Shown here: positions 11,385 through 22,228 of the stretch, one piece after another
Numbering within the stretch: the stretch's first letter is position 1
Layout of the letters: each line of letters begins with the position of its first letter
Source of the DNA: an uncultured Actinomycetota bacterium
GTDB lineage: Bacteria > Actinomycetota > Actinomycetes > JAHEKZ01
Direction of reading: 5' to 3'
Assembly (NCBI GenBank): GCA_963743915.1
Contig: CAVURN010000001.1
Coordinates: forward strand, 832,001 to 896,000
DNA: 64,000 nt
Position numbers and translations under genes: made by a program
The notes under the pieces: model-generated
Database searches by the model: none
The model's input: the letters and a program-made list of their open reading frames with translations, nothing else
Told to the model about the DNA's origin: nothing

Positions 11385-11400
11385 CGTGACGCGTCTCACG
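11385..11400. promoter_or_regulatory. CRP/GlxR-like binding site
   Basis: CGTGA-cgcgtc-TCACG matches the GTGA-N6-TCAC core, ~95 bp upstream of the methyltransferase start. Confidence 0.5.
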
Positions 11401-11495
11401 TGCCCTCGGCGTCAAGACCGGTCCGGGCGCGGTCGAGAACGTCGCTGACCGGATCTGTTGACCGGCCCACCCAACCTGCAAGGACCCCCTCTTCC

Positions 11496-12352
11496 ATGAC
11501 GTACGAAACCCTGGAGCACGACGTGCTCGAGACCCCCGCTGACACCGACCGTCGCCCCGGCCGCACCCGGGCCGATCGCCTTCGCCGACGAGTACGCCGA
11601 CCCGGCGCGCTACGACCTCGAGTACGGCGCGCCCGGCCTCGACGTGCCGTTCTACCTGGCGCTCGCCGAGCAGACCGGTGGTCCGGTGCTCGATGTCGCC
11701 ACCGGCACCGGACGCGTCGCCCTCGCCCTGGCCGAGGCTGGCCACGAGGTCACCGCGGTCGACATCGCTCCTGCCATGGTGGCGTTCGCCGCGGCCAAGG
11801 ACGAGAACGACACCGTCGCCTGGCTCGAGCAGGATGCCCGTGAGCTGAAGGTGCGCGGCCGCTTCGGCCTGGCCGTCATCGCGGGCAACGCGCTGCAGCA
11901 GTTCCTGAGCAACGCCGACCGCGCCGAGGTGCTCAAGGCGGTCTACCGGCACCTCACCCCGGGCGGCACGCTCGCCCTCGCGATCCGCTTCCCGCACGCC
12001 GCCGAGCTCGCCCGACAGGTCGAGACGCCGGTGATCTGGCACTCGTACACCGACGCAGCCGGCAGCCAGGTCGTGGTGTCCGGAACGCAGCGCTACGACG
12101 CCGCCACCCAGGTGATGACGCACGAGACGTACCGGCAGTTCGCCGTCGACGGCACGCCCGCCGCGACGCCGACCGCCACCGCCGTCCGCTACTCGTACCC
12201 GCAGGAGCTGGTCGCGGCACTGACCGCGGCTCGCTACGAGGTCGAGGGTCGTCTACGCCGACTTCGCCGGCACGCCCCTGACGGCCGAGACGGCCGCAAC
12301 CGCGTCCGCGCTCGTGGTGGTGGCGCGCAAGCCGGAGACCACCAAGCGCTGA
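11496..12352 (+). CDS. Class I SAM-dependent methyltransferase (frameshifts near both ends)
   Basis: YDLEY...VPFY, VLDVATGTGR motif I, HLTPGG; C-terminus YADFAGTPL in an alternative frame. Confidence 0.85.
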
Positions 12353-12466
12353 GGCTCCCAGACCGAAACGCATCGAGTGGCGCGAGACGGGGCACCTGAC
12401 AGCACGTCAGTCACCAGTTTCGCGCCACTCGGCGTTGGCCTCCGGCGTAGACGCCGCGCTGACGCG

Positions 12467-13146
12467 TCAGACGCTGCGGAGCACCGCCGTCACCTTCCCG
12501 ACGACGACGGCGTCGTCGCCGAGGATCGGCTCGTAGTCGGCGTTGTGCGGCATGAGCCACACGTGGCCGTCCCGCTTCTTGAAGGTCTTGACGGTGGCCT
12601 CGCCGTCGAGCATCGCCGCGACGATGTCGCCGTTCTCGGCCGTCGGCTGCTGGCGCACGACCACCCAGTCGCCGTCGCAGATCGCGGCGTCGACCATCGA
12701 GTCGCCGACCACCTTGAGCAGGAAGAGCTGGCCGTCGCCGACCAGCTGCTTGGGGAGCGGGAAGACGTCCTCGACGGCCTGCTCGGCGAGGATCGGCCCA
12801 CCGGCGGCGATCCGGCCCACCACCGGCACGTAGGCGGCGGCCGGGGCGGCGTTGCCGCTGTCGGTGAGGTCGACCGGGCGTCTCCGCGGCGTCCGGCAGC
12901 CGGACCTCGATCGCCCGGGGACGGTTGGGGTCGCGCCGGATGTAGCCCTTGCGCTCCAGCGACGCCAGCTGGTGCTTGACGCTGCTCGGGCTGGTCAGGC
13001 CCACGGCGTCGCCGATCTCGCGCATGCTCGGCGGGTAGCCGCGCTCGGTCGACCGAGCGGTGGATGTGCTCGAGCACGAGTCGCTGCCGCTGGGTGAGGC
13101 CGTCGTCGGCGACAGGGCCGTCGGGCATCTCGTGGACTCCGCTCAT
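12467..13146 (-). CDS. lexA: SOS repressor LexA (two frameshifts)
   Basis: LTQRQ...[22 protein letters not shown]; VGRIAAG cleavage site; GDSM and TVK catalytic motifs. Confidence 0.95.
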
Positions 13147-13271
13147 GGGCTCATCTCCTGCGGTCGGCGGGGTGGCTGCGGCGTGCTCGGCGATCGGGTG
13201 GGTCCGGGTTGTCAGACCCGGCGTGCACGGTGGACCCATGCCCTCCGTGACAGTGGTGACGCTAGCGCGAA

Positions 13272-13378
13272 TCGAACGCCTGTTTCAAACACCTGTTCGA
13301 TTTTGTGCGCGTGTGTCGTGACTTTCGCGGAGTCATGGTGTACACATCGTACAGACGTTCGATCGAACACCCGTTCGA
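13272..13378. promoter_or_regulatory. Four LexA (SOS) boxes
   Basis: TCGAAC-N4-GTTCGA: perfect at 13363-13378; near-perfect at 13272-13287, 13285-13300 and 13347-13362. Confidence 0.9.
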
Positions 13379-13398
13379 CCCTTCCCCCGGAGGTCCCC

Positions 13399-13752
13399 AT
13401 GAGCAGCACCACCGCCGCCATCCGCCATCGACGCCACCGGCCTGACCGCCGGCGGCGTCCGGCTGACCCGTCGGGGCCGGCTCGCCCTGGTGGCTCCTCG
13501 GTCGCGGCGACTGGCGCTTCGCGCTCCTCTCCCTCGGTCCAGGTGGCCGTCCCAGGCCGGCGACGACCGCGCGGACGCCAGCGCGGCCGGCACCGCGTGG
13601 GTGGTGCAGCCGGGGGAGACGCTCTGGGTGATCGCCGAGCGGGTCGACCCGCAGACCGATCCCCGCGAGACGGTGGCCCGCATCGTGCGCGATGAACGAC
13701 CTGCCCAGCTCGTCGGTCGTGCGCCGGCCAGGAGCTCGTCGTTCCCGCCTGA
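13399..13752 (+). CDS. LysM membrane protein, SOS cell-division inhibitor of YneA/ChiZ type (frameshifted)
   Basis: RLTRRGR plus hydrophobic segment, then VVQPGETLWVIA...DPRETV...MNDL...GQELVVP; divergent from lexA. Confidence 0.8.
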
Positions 13753-13848
13753 CCTGCGGTGATGGGGGAGTGCTGGGCGAGGCGACACGCCGACGCGAGA
13801 AAGTTGCCGCCCAACCCTTGCCAGGGTCGGGTGCCGAAGCGTACGGTA

Positions 13849-13896
13849 CCCCTACATCTAGTAGTTACATCCCTGTAAGTCCTCCACAGATTGTGG
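13849..13896 (+). promoter_or_regulatory. Tandem NrdR boxes
   Basis: CCCCTACATCTAGTAG (13849-13864) and CCTCCACAGATTGTGG (13881-13896), 32 bp apart, upstream of nrdR-nrdJ. Confidence 0.75.
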
Positions 13897-14031
13897 TCTG
13901 GTGTCCCCAGGTTTTCCCGGGTTCTCCCCAGGAAATCCCCAGGATCCGTCCCCAGACCGCCCGCGAGGCGGTCCGACCAGGGATCGGCGGCACGGTCCTG
14001 CGGAGGGCCGGCGGAGAGGAGGGCGTCAGCC

Positions 14032-14518
14032 ATGTACTGCCCCTTCTGCCGGGCCACCGAGACCCGGGTGGTCGACTCCCGCACCGCGGACGACGGGGCC
14101 GCGATCCGGCGTCGGCGCCAGTGCGCGGAGTGCGGCCGACGGTTCACCACCGCCGAGAACGCCACCCTGGTCGTGGTCAAGCGGAGCGGGGCCACCGAGC
14201 CCTTCAGCCGGCCCAAGGTGATGGTCGGCGTCCGCAAGGCCTGCCAGGGCCGTCCGGTCACCGAGGACGACCTCGCCCTGCTCGCGCAGCGCGTCGAGGA
14301 GACGGTCCGGGCCACCGGCGCCGCCGAGATCGACTCGCCACGAGGTGGGCCTGGCCATCCTCGGCCCGCTCCGCGAGCTCGACGAGGTCGCCTACCTGCG
14401 CTTCGCCTCGGTCTACCGGAGCTTTGAGTCCCTCGAGGACTTCGAGGCCGAGATCACCCTGCTCCGCGCCGAGCACGAGCCGGTCGGCGTCGAGCCACCG
14501 GCCGCCCCCAGCCCGTAA
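14032..14518 (+). CDS. nrdR: Transcriptional repressor NrdR (frameshift near 14337)
   Basis: [28 protein letters not shown]-cone; [13 protein letters not shown] in the second frame. Confidence 0.95.
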
Positions 14519-14588
14519 ACAGCCAAGAACCCATCCAACCCGACACCGTACCCCGTTCGTTCACTGTCCACCAGGAGGGGCAGCACCG

Positions 14589-17472
14589 ATGACCGAAGCC
14601 GCAAGCGACGTATCCCAGGACTCCACCGACCGACCGGAGGTGATCCGTCACGGCATGAGCATGGAGCGGATCTACACCACCCCCGGCGTGCACCCCTACG
14701 ACGAGGTGACCTGGGAGCGTCGTGACGTCGTCCAGAACAACTGGAAGACCGGCGACGTCGTCTTCGAGCAGCGCGGCGTCGAGTTCCCCGACTTCTGGTC
14801 GGTGATCTCCTCCACGATCGTCACCACCAAGTACTTCCGCGGCGCTGTCGGCACCGACGTCCGCGAGTGGTCGCTGCGGCAGCTGATCGACCGCGTCGTG
14901 CTCACCTACCGCCGCGCCGGCGAGGAGCACGGCTACTTCGCGACGCCCGAGGACGCCGAGATCTTCGAGCACGAGCTCACCTACGCGCTCCTGCACCAGA
15001 TCTTCAGCTTCAACTCCCCGGTGTGGTTCAACGTCGGGACGCCGGCGCCGCAGCAGGTCAGCGCCTGCTTCATCCTCGCCGTCGACGACTCGATGGACTC
15101 GATCCTGAACTGGTACCGCGAAGAGGGGATGATCTTCAAGGGTGGCTCGGGGGCCGGCCTGAACCTCTCCCGCATCCGCTCCAGCAAGGAGCTGCTGTCC
15201 TCCGGCGGCACCGCATCCGGCCCGGTCTCCTTCATGCGCGGGGCGGACGCGTCCGCCGGCACCATCAAGTCCGGTGGCGCCACGCGGCGCGCGGCCAAGA
15301 TGGTCGTCCTCGACGTCGACCACCCCGACATCGAGGAGTTCATCGAGACCAAGGCGCGCGAGGAGGACAAGATCCGCGCGCTCCGCGACGCCGGCTTCGA
15401 CATGGACCTCGGCGGCAAGGACATCGCCAGCGTCCAGTACCAGAACGCCAACAACTCGGTCCGGGTCAGCGACGAGTTCATGCGAGCGGTCGAGGAGGGC
15501 GACGAGTTCGGGCTCCGCGCACGCGCCGACGGCTCGGTGATCGAGACCGTCGACGCCAAGGGGCTCTTCGACAAGATCGCGCAGGCGGCCTGGGAGTGCG
15601 CCGACCCCGGCATCCAGTACGACGACACGATCAACGACTGGCACACCTGCCCCGACTCGGGCCGGATCACCGCGTCGAACCCGTGCAGCGAGTACATGCA
15701 CCTCGACAACTCGTCCTGCAACCTCGCCTCGCTCAACCTGATGAAGTTCCTGCACGAGGACGACACCTTCGACGCGTCGACGTTCTCCAAGGTCGTCGAG
15801 CTCGTCATCACCGCGATGGACATCTCCATCTGCTTCGCCGACTTCCCGACCGAGGCGATCGGCGACACCACGCGCAAGTTCCGCCAGCTCGGGATCGGCT
15901 ACGCCAACCTCGGCGCGCTGCTGATGGCGTCCGGCCTGCCCTACGACTCCGACGCCGGGCGGGCGCTCGCCGCGTCCATCACCTCGCTGATGACCGGCAC
16001 CGCCTACAAGCGCTCGGCCGAGCTCGCCGCGGTCGTCGGGCCCTACGAGGGCTACGCCCGCAACGCCGAGGCGCACAAGCGGGTCATGCGCAAGCACGCT
16101 GCGGCCAACGACGCGGTGCGCACGTTCTCCTCGCTCGACAAGGACGTCCACGCCCACGCCACGAAGGTCTGGTCCGACGTCATCGCGCTGGGCGAGAAGA
16201 ACGGCTACCGCAACAGCCAGGCGTCGGTGCTCGCGCCGACCGGCACCATCGGGCTGATGATGGACTGCGACACCACCGGCATCGAGCCCGACCTCGCCCT
16301 GGTGAAGTTCAAGAAGATGGTCGGCGGCGGCTCGCTGCAGATCGTCAACAACACCGTGCCGCGTGCGCTGCGCAAGCTCGGCTACACCGAGGAGACGATC
16401 GAGGCGATCGTCGAGCACATCGCCCAGCACGGCAACGTGGTGGACGCCCCAGGCCTGCGGCCCGAGCACGAGTCGGTGTTCGACTGCGCCATGGGCGCTC
16501 GCACCATCGGACCGATGGGTCACGTGCGGATGATGGCCGCCGCCCAGCCGTTCCTGTCCGGTGCGATCTCCAAGACCGTGAACATGCCGGAGACGGCCAC
16601 GGTCGAGGAGATCGAGGAGGTCTACTTCCAGGGGTGGAAGCTCGGCCTGAAGGCGCTGGCCATCTACCGCGACAACTGCAAGGTCGGCCAGCCGCTGTCC
16701 GACGCCAAGGGCACCAGCCGCGACAACGGGGTCAGGGCGCAGGCGACGCCGCGAGACGGTCATCGAGTACCGGCCGACCCGCAAGCGGCTCCCGAAGAGC
16801 CGGCCGGCGTCCACCACGTCGTTCACCGTCGGCGGTGCCGAGGGCTACATGACCGCCTCGCGCTACCCCGATGACGGTCTCGGCGAGATCTTCCTCAAGA
16901 TGTCCAAGCAGGGGTCGACCCTCGCGGGGATGATGGACGCCTTCTCGATCGCGATCTCGATCGGCCTGCAGTACGGCGTCCCGCTCGAGACCTACGTGAA
17001 GAAGTTCGTGAACATGCGCTTCGACCCGGCCGGTCTCACCGACGACGCCGACGTCCGGATGGCGCAGTCGATCATGGACTACATCTTCCGCAGGCTCGCC
17101 CTCGACTACCTGCCGTACGACAGCAGGGCGGGGCTCGGCATCTACACCGCCGAGGAGCGCACCCGGTACGTCGAGACCGGCTCCTACGAGCAGGCCGAGG
17201 CGATCGAGTCCGGTGACGACGCCGAGGCGGTCGCTGCCGAGCTCGAGACGCTGGCGCAGTCCGCACCGGTCACCGAGGCTCCGACGGCCGACGCCGAGGC
17301 TCCGCCCGCTGCGGCCACGGTGACGTCGGCGCACTCGTCGACCGAGCTGCTCGAGGCCATGCAGGGCACGGCGTCCGACGCGCCGATGTGCTTCACCTGC
17401 GGCACCAAGATGCGGCCGGCCGGCTCGTGCTTCGTCTGCGAAGGATGCGGAGCCACCAGCGGCTGCAGCTGA
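14589..17472 (+). CDS. nrdJ: Vitamin B12-dependent class II ribonucleotide reductase (frameshift near 16750)
   Basis: FNSPVWFN, SACFI, SNPCSEY, APTGTIG, GAISKTVN; C-terminal domain ending CEGCGATSGCS lies in the next frame. Confidence 0.95.
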
Positions 17473-17482
17473 GCCGCCTTCC

Positions 17483-17520
17483 AACGGAGCGTTGCCCGCC
17501 GATGCAGGCAACGCTCCGTT
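17483..17520 (+). terminator. Hairpin terminator after nrdJ
   Basis: AACGGAGCGTTGCC / GGCAACGCTCCGTT 14-bp perfect stem. Confidence 0.75.
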
Positions 17521-17641
17521 CGGCGTTGTCCCAGTAGGCTGGCGGGCGTGATCGACGCCGCCCACCCTCCGACCGACAAGGTGGATCGGCAGGCACAGCG
17601 GCCCGTGGTCGCGGCACTCCGTCACCACGAGGGAGCCTGAC

Positions 17642-18571
17642 ATGCCCAAGTCGGTCATCATCACCTGCGCACCCACGGGCGGCATCCACACGCCGACGAT
17701 GTCGCCGCACCTTCCGGTGACGCCGGACGAGATCGCGGTCGCCGCGATCGAGGCGGCTCGTGCGGGGGCCGCGATCATCCACCTGCACGCCCGCAACCCG
17801 GAGACGGGTCAGCCTGACCCCCGTCCGGAGCTGTTCGGTGAGTTCATGCCGAAGATCGCCGCTGACTGTGACGCCGTGCTCAACGTGTCGACCGGTGGTG
17901 GGCTCGGCATGTCGCGTGAGCAGCGGCTGCGGGCGGCGGTCGCGACCTCGCCGGAGATGGCGTCGCTCAATGTCGGCTCGATCAACTTCGGCATCTTCCC
18001 GCTGCTGCAGAAGTACTCGGAGTGGAAGCACGAGTGGGAGCCGGAGTTCCTCGAGATGACGCGCGACTTCGTCTTCAAGAACACGTTCGCCGATCTCGAG
18101 TACGTCGTGAAGGAGCTGGGCCAGGGCCACGGAACCAAGTTCGAGTTCGAGTGCTACGACCTGGGCCACCTCTACAACCTCGCCTGGTTGATCGACCAGG
18201 GGTGGCTGGAGCCACCGTTCTTCGTGCAGATGGTGTTCGGGATCCTCGGGGGCGTCGGTGCAGACCTCGACAACCTGATGCACATGCACACGATCGCCGA
18301 CAAGCTCTTCGGTGACTCCTACGAGTGGTCGGTCCTCGCGGCCGGACGCCATCAGATGGGCTTCGCCACCGAGGCCGCGATGCTCGGTGGCAACCTGCGG
18401 GTCGGCATGGAGGACAGTCTCTACATCGGACCTGGTGAGCTGACGCCGTCCAACGCCCACCAGGTGCGGAAGATCCGCGGCATCATCGAGTCCCTGGGGT
18501 ACCAGGTCGCCACGCCGGCGGAGGCGCGTGAACGTCTCGGGCTCAAGGGCGCCGACCACGTCACCTTCTGA
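17642..18571 (+). CDS. Beta-keto acid cleavage enzyme (BKACE/DUF849)
   Basis: IITCAPTG, IHLHAR, STGG, ECYDLGHL, RVGMEDSL. Confidence 0.92.
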   Translation: MPKSVIITCAPTGGIHTPTMSPHLPVTPDEIAVAAIEAARAGAAIIHLHARNPETGQPDPRPELFGEFMPKIAADCDAVLNVSTGGGLGMSREQRLRAAVATSPEMASLNVGSINFGIFPLLQKYSEWKHEWEPEFLEMTRDFVFKNTFADLEYVVKELGQGHGTKFEFECYDLGHLYNLAWLIDQGWLEPPFFVQMVFGILGGVGADLDNLMHMHTIADKLFGDSYEWSVLAAGRHQMGFATEAAMLGGNLRVGMEDSLYIGPGELTPSNAHQVRKIRGIIESLGYQVATPAEARERLGLKGADHVTF

Positions 18572-18777
18572 GAGCGCGGAGTGGGCGGACCCCTCGACCG
18601 TCTCGCACGTGGCCGCCCTCGGCGACTGGTTGACCACGGAGCGCGACCGGCTGCTCACGGCGGCCGTGACTTCTCCCGGAGAGCGTCCGATTCGTGACGC
18701 CGATCATGCCCAGATGGCTGCGGAAGGGCCCCCCAGCGTCTAGCCTCGCGTCGTTCAACCCCCTACAGGAGGTATCG

Positions 18778-19570
18778 ATGCGCAAGCTCGTGCTCGCGGC
18801 CATCACCGCGCTGCTCGCCCCCCTTGTCCTGCTGCCAGGAACGGCACAGGCCATCCAGTTCGGAACACCCGACGGAGACGGTCACCCGTACGTCGGTCTG
18901 GTGGTCCTCTACGACGACGGCATCCCCCAGTGGCGCTGCACCGGCGCCCTGATCTCACCCACCGTCTTTCTCACCGCGGGTCACTGCACCGAGGCACCGG
19001 CCGACGAGGCGCGGATCTGGTTCTCGTCCGGCCCCATCGACGCGGACAGCGGCTACCCGCTACACCGGGTACGACGCCGCCGGCACGCCCGTCCCTGAGC
19101 CTCGCTACGCCGGGCTCACGCTGCCTGCGACCTATGACATCGGCGTCGTCACCCTCGACGCGCCTGTTGTGATGGATGACTACGCCCAGCTGCCGACGGC
19201 CGGGTTGCTCGACAAGCTGGCCAGCAAGCGCGGCCAGCAAGAGGTCACCATGACGGTGGTGGGCTACGGCCTGCAGAGCGTGAAGCCGGTGGAGTCCTCG
19301 ATCCGCGAGCGGATGGTCGCGACCACCAAGGTCGTCCAGCTCAAGAATGCGCTGACCGACGGCTACAACGTCCGACTCTCCTCCAACCCGGGCAACTGGT
19401 CCGGCGGCACCTGCTTCGGCGACTCCGGCGGACCGGTTCTGTACAACGACACCGACATCGTCGTCGCGGTGAACTCGTTCGTGCTGAACTCCAACTGCAA
19501 GGGGTCCGGCTACGGGTACCGGGTCGACACCGCGGCATCACTGGCGTTCGTTGACCAGTACATGAGCTGA
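18778..19570 (+). CDS. Secreted trypsin-like serine protease (frameshift near 19060)
   Basis: Signal peptide; LTAGHC, YDIGVV, CFGDSGGP catalytic triad motifs. Confidence 0.88.
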
Positions 19571-19586
19571 CACGCTCACCGCACCT

Positions 19587-19630
19587 CTCCGAGGGTGGGC
19601 CTTCGTCCCACGACGGGCTCACCCTCGGAG
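19587..19630. terminator. Probable bidirectional hairpin between convergent genes
   Basis: CTCCGAGGGTG...CACCCTCGGAG inverted repeat. Confidence 0.65.
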
Positions 19631-19637
19631 GGTCGCG

Positions 19638-20123
19638 TCAGGCAGCGAGGACTCCGTCGATCTGGCCCATCGCCGCTCGGAGTCCTTCCTCCATGCCCAT
19701 GGCGATCAGCTGCTCCATCGCGGCGAGCGACGGGAAGGTCGAGGTCATCGTCATGGTGACCCCACCGGTCCGGTCGGTGATCTCCATGCGCATGTGGGTC
19801 GTCGGCATGCCGTCGGCCGGTTCGCCGGAGTCGTCGGCGAAGCCGTCCTGCAGCACCAGCAGGCGCGGCGGAGCGGCCTCCAGGATCTTCCACCAGCCGT
19901 GGAACTTCTCCCCGTCGGGGCTGGTCATGTAGTAGTTGACCGCACCACCGGGTGAGAGGTCATGGTCGACGACGGTGGCCGGGTACGTGGGCGGTCCCCA
20001 CCAGCGCTCGAGCTGGCGCGGGTCGTTCCACAGCTGCCAGGCGCGCTCTGCCGGCACGTCGTACTCGGCGACGACAGTCATGGTCAGGCGCTCGGGGTCT
20101 TTGGTCATGCTCGTGACACTCAC
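19638..20123 (-). CDS. SRPBCC/AHSA1-domain protein
   Basis: WNDPRQLERWWGP, GMEEG. Confidence 0.85.
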   Translation of the reverse strand: MSVTSMTKDPERLTMTVVAEYDVPAERAWQLWNDPRQLERWWGPPTYPATVVDHDLSPGGAVNYYMTSPDGEKFHGWWKILEAAPPRLLVLQDGFADDSGEPADGMPTTHMRMEITDRTGGVTMTMTSTFPSLAAMEQLIAMGMEEGLRAAMGQIDGVLAA

Positions 20124-20470
20124 GGATCTCTCCTCTGTTCGTCCTCAGCCAGCAGCTCCTGCATACGGTCGACGCGTCCGCGCCAGACCTGCTCGAGCGT
20201 CTCGAGCAGGCGCTGCGCCCGCTGGATCGCCTCCATCTGTCCCACCACCCGTGTCTCGCGTCCCTGCCTCCGCTTGGTGACCAGTCCTGCCTGCTCGAGG
20301 ACGGCCACGTGCTTCTGGACTGCGGTCAGGCTGACGGGGTACCGACGGGCGAGCGTCGAGACCGACAGCTCGGTGTCGAGGGCCGTCCGGACGATGTCGC
20401 GCCGGGTGGGGTCGGCCAGCGCATGGAAGAGCCGGTCGACGTCTGTGTCAGCGATCACATCTACAACCAT
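20120..20470 (-). CDS. ArsR/SmtB-family regulator
   Basis: FHALADPTRRDIV, VQKHVAVLEQAGLV. Confidence 0.88.
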   Translation of the reverse strand: MVVDVIADTDVDRLFHALADPTRRDIVRTALDTELSVSTLARRYPVSLTAVQKHVAVLEQAGLVTKRRQGRETRVVGQMEAIQRAQRLLETLEQVWRGRVDRMQELLAEDEQRRDP

Positions 20471-20482
20471 TTGGTTGTAGAT
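20459..20482. promoter_or_regulatory. Palindromic operator over the ArsR start codon
   Basis: ATCTACAACCA-tt-TGGTTGTAGAT, 11-bp perfect inverted repeat. Confidence 0.75.
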
Positions 20483-20645
20483 TACCCGGGAACCCGACAG
20501 TGTCAAGGAATCCGAATTCACCACGGTTGTCCCGTGTTCGGCTGGACCCAGAGCCCGACAGGCCGCAGGATGGGCGGGGCAATCACAGGGGGAGTGGCGT
20601 CGGCGCCTGGCGGGGCGGCACGCCGGGGGTGGCGAGGAGAGTCGC

Positions 20646-21926
20646 GTGGACGCTGTGCGACGCACGGTGTCGGTGGCTGCCGTCGGGCTTCTGGTCACGA
20701 TGCTGATCCCGGTGGGATCGGCCCACGGGTCGCTGGCCCACGACTCGGTCGTGCAGGCCGACCCGGCGGACTTCACCCCCAACGTCGAGTCCGGCAGCTC
20801 GTACGCGACGACCACCGTGCTCGCCCTGGCGCAGGGTGACGACACCATCTACGCCGGCGGCTTCTTCCACACCGTCACCGACGCCGACGGCAGCACCACC
20901 TACCGGCGCGACAACCTGATGGCGTTCAGTGCCACCACCGGTCAGATGCGGCCGTTTGCGCCGAACGTGAACGGCAAGGTCTGGGCGGTCGAGGAGCACG
21001 ACGGAGCCCTCTTCGTCGGCGGGGAGTTCACGTCGGTGGACGGCGTGCCGCGTCCGGGCCTGGTCAAGCTCGACGCCACCACGGGCAGGGTGATCACCCA
21101 GTTCCGTCCGCGGTTCTCGGAAGGGGACGTGACCCAGGTGCGCATGGTCGGCCGTCGGTTGGTGGTCGGCGGCACCTTTCCGGGAAAGCTGCGCGCGCTC
21201 GATCCCCGAACCGGTGCCGACACCGGATTCATCCGGCTGGCCATCACCGGGAGCGTTGCGGACAACGCGGGGCTCACCAACGTCTACCGGTTCGACGTGA
21301 GTCCTGCGGGGACCCGTCTGCTTGCCATCGGCAACTTCACCTCCGTCGGGGGCGTGCCGCGTCGACAGGCGTTCATGCTCGACCTCAGCGGACGCAAGGC
21401 GCGCGTCGACAGCTGGTTCTACCGCGGCCTGAACAACAAGTGCCGAGGACCGAGGACGCCGGCCTTCCTCCGCGACGTCGACTTCTCGCCCGATGGCAAG
21501 TACTTCGTCGTGGTGGCAGCGGGTTACGTTCCCCGGACGCGAGGACTGGGGCGGGACATCTGTGACGCCGCCGCGCGGTTCGAGACCCGCATTGCCAAGC
21601 CCTACCGACCGACGTGGATCAACTACACCGGAGGGGACACGCTGCACTCGGTGGCCGTGACGGGACGAGCCGTGTACGTGCAGGGCCATCAGCGCTGGCT
21701 CGACAACCCGCTCGGCCGCGGCGAACCGGGGCCCGGAGCGGTGTCGCGCCCGGGCATCGGAGCGATCCAGCCGCGCGGCGGGAAGGCTCTGGCGTGGAAC
21801 CCCGGCAAGACGCGTGGTGTCGGAGGCAAGGACTTCCTGGTCACCCACGCCGGACTCTGGGTCGGCAGCGACGGCACTCGGTTCGCCGGCGAGTATCGCG
21901 CAAGGATCGCTTTCCTGCCCCTGTAG
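20646..21926 (+). CDS. Secreted beta-propeller-like protein
   Basis: Signal peptide; repeated (Y/F)xGGxF motifs; DVDFSPDG. Confidence 0.7.
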   Translation: MDAVRRTVSVAAVGLLVTMLIPVGSAHGSLAHDSVVQADPADFTPNVESGSSYATTTVLALAQGDDTIYAGGFFHTVTDADGSTTYRRDNLMAFSATTGQMRPFAPNVNGKVWAVEEHDGALFVGGEFTSVDGVPRPGLVKLDATTGRVITQFRPRFSEGDVTQVRMVGRRLVVGGTFPGKLRALDPRTGADTGFIRLAITGSVADNAGLTNVYRFDVSPAGTRLLAIGNFTSVGGVPRRQAFMLDLSGRKARVDSWFYRGLNNKCRGPRTPAFLRDVDFSPDGKYFVVVAAGYVPRTRGLGRDICDAAARFETRIAKPYRPTWINYTGGDTLHSVAVTGRAVYVQGHQRWLDNPLGRGEPGPGAVSRPGIGAIQPRGGKALAWNPGKTRGVGGKDFLVTHAGLWVGSDGTRFAGEYRARIAFLPL

Positions 21927-22003
21927 GTCTCTGGGCTCTGGCCCTGTTCTGCTGGTCGCTCTAGCGTGGTGGGGTCGACGATCCCTTCCGCGGGGAGGTT
22001 CAG

Positions 22004-22159
22004 ATGCTCGATCGAATCAAGCGCCTCTTGGGCCGCGCACATGACAGCGAGACGTGCCCAGACTGCGGAGCAGGCGGCCAACAGACCTACTGCTCGGTGT
22101 GCGGGTACGACCTCATCAACCAGACGCGGGCCGCGAAGCGTCAACCTCCGTCCACCTGA
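22004..22159 (+). CDS. 51-aa zinc-ribbon microprotein (below the ORF-track cutoff)
   Basis: GGGGAGG RBS; MLDRIKRLLGRAHDSETCPDCGAGGQQTYCSVCGYDLINQTRAAKRQPPST with CxxC-x8-CxxC. Confidence 0.65.
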   Translation: MLDRIKRLLGRAHDSETCPDCGAGGQQTYCSVCGYDLINQTRAAKRQPPST

Positions 22160-22228
22160 ACGTCGAGGCGACGGCCTCTGACGGTGGCGCGGGAGCGCCG
22201 CCGCAGCGTCGCGTGGTGGTCGTCGCGC

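Noticed and set aside
11344-11495. Possible SAM riboswitch ahead of the methyltransferase
   Set aside because: No recognisable SAM-I or SAM-IV core motifs. An Rfam scan would settle it.
13900-14588. Cobalamin riboswitch near nrdJ
   Set aside because: No B12-box (GCCACTG / AGYCAG) arrangement seen.
16849-17472. Separate NrdJb subunit, or programmed frameshift in nrdJ
   Set aside because: Coding sequence continues upstream of the ATG (RPTRKRLPKSR) to a single indel near 16750, matching the window-wide error pattern.
18572-18700. Coding-like stretch after the BKACE stop (read-through or remnant)
   Set aside because: No start codon or recognisable family, and BKACE ends at its normal position.
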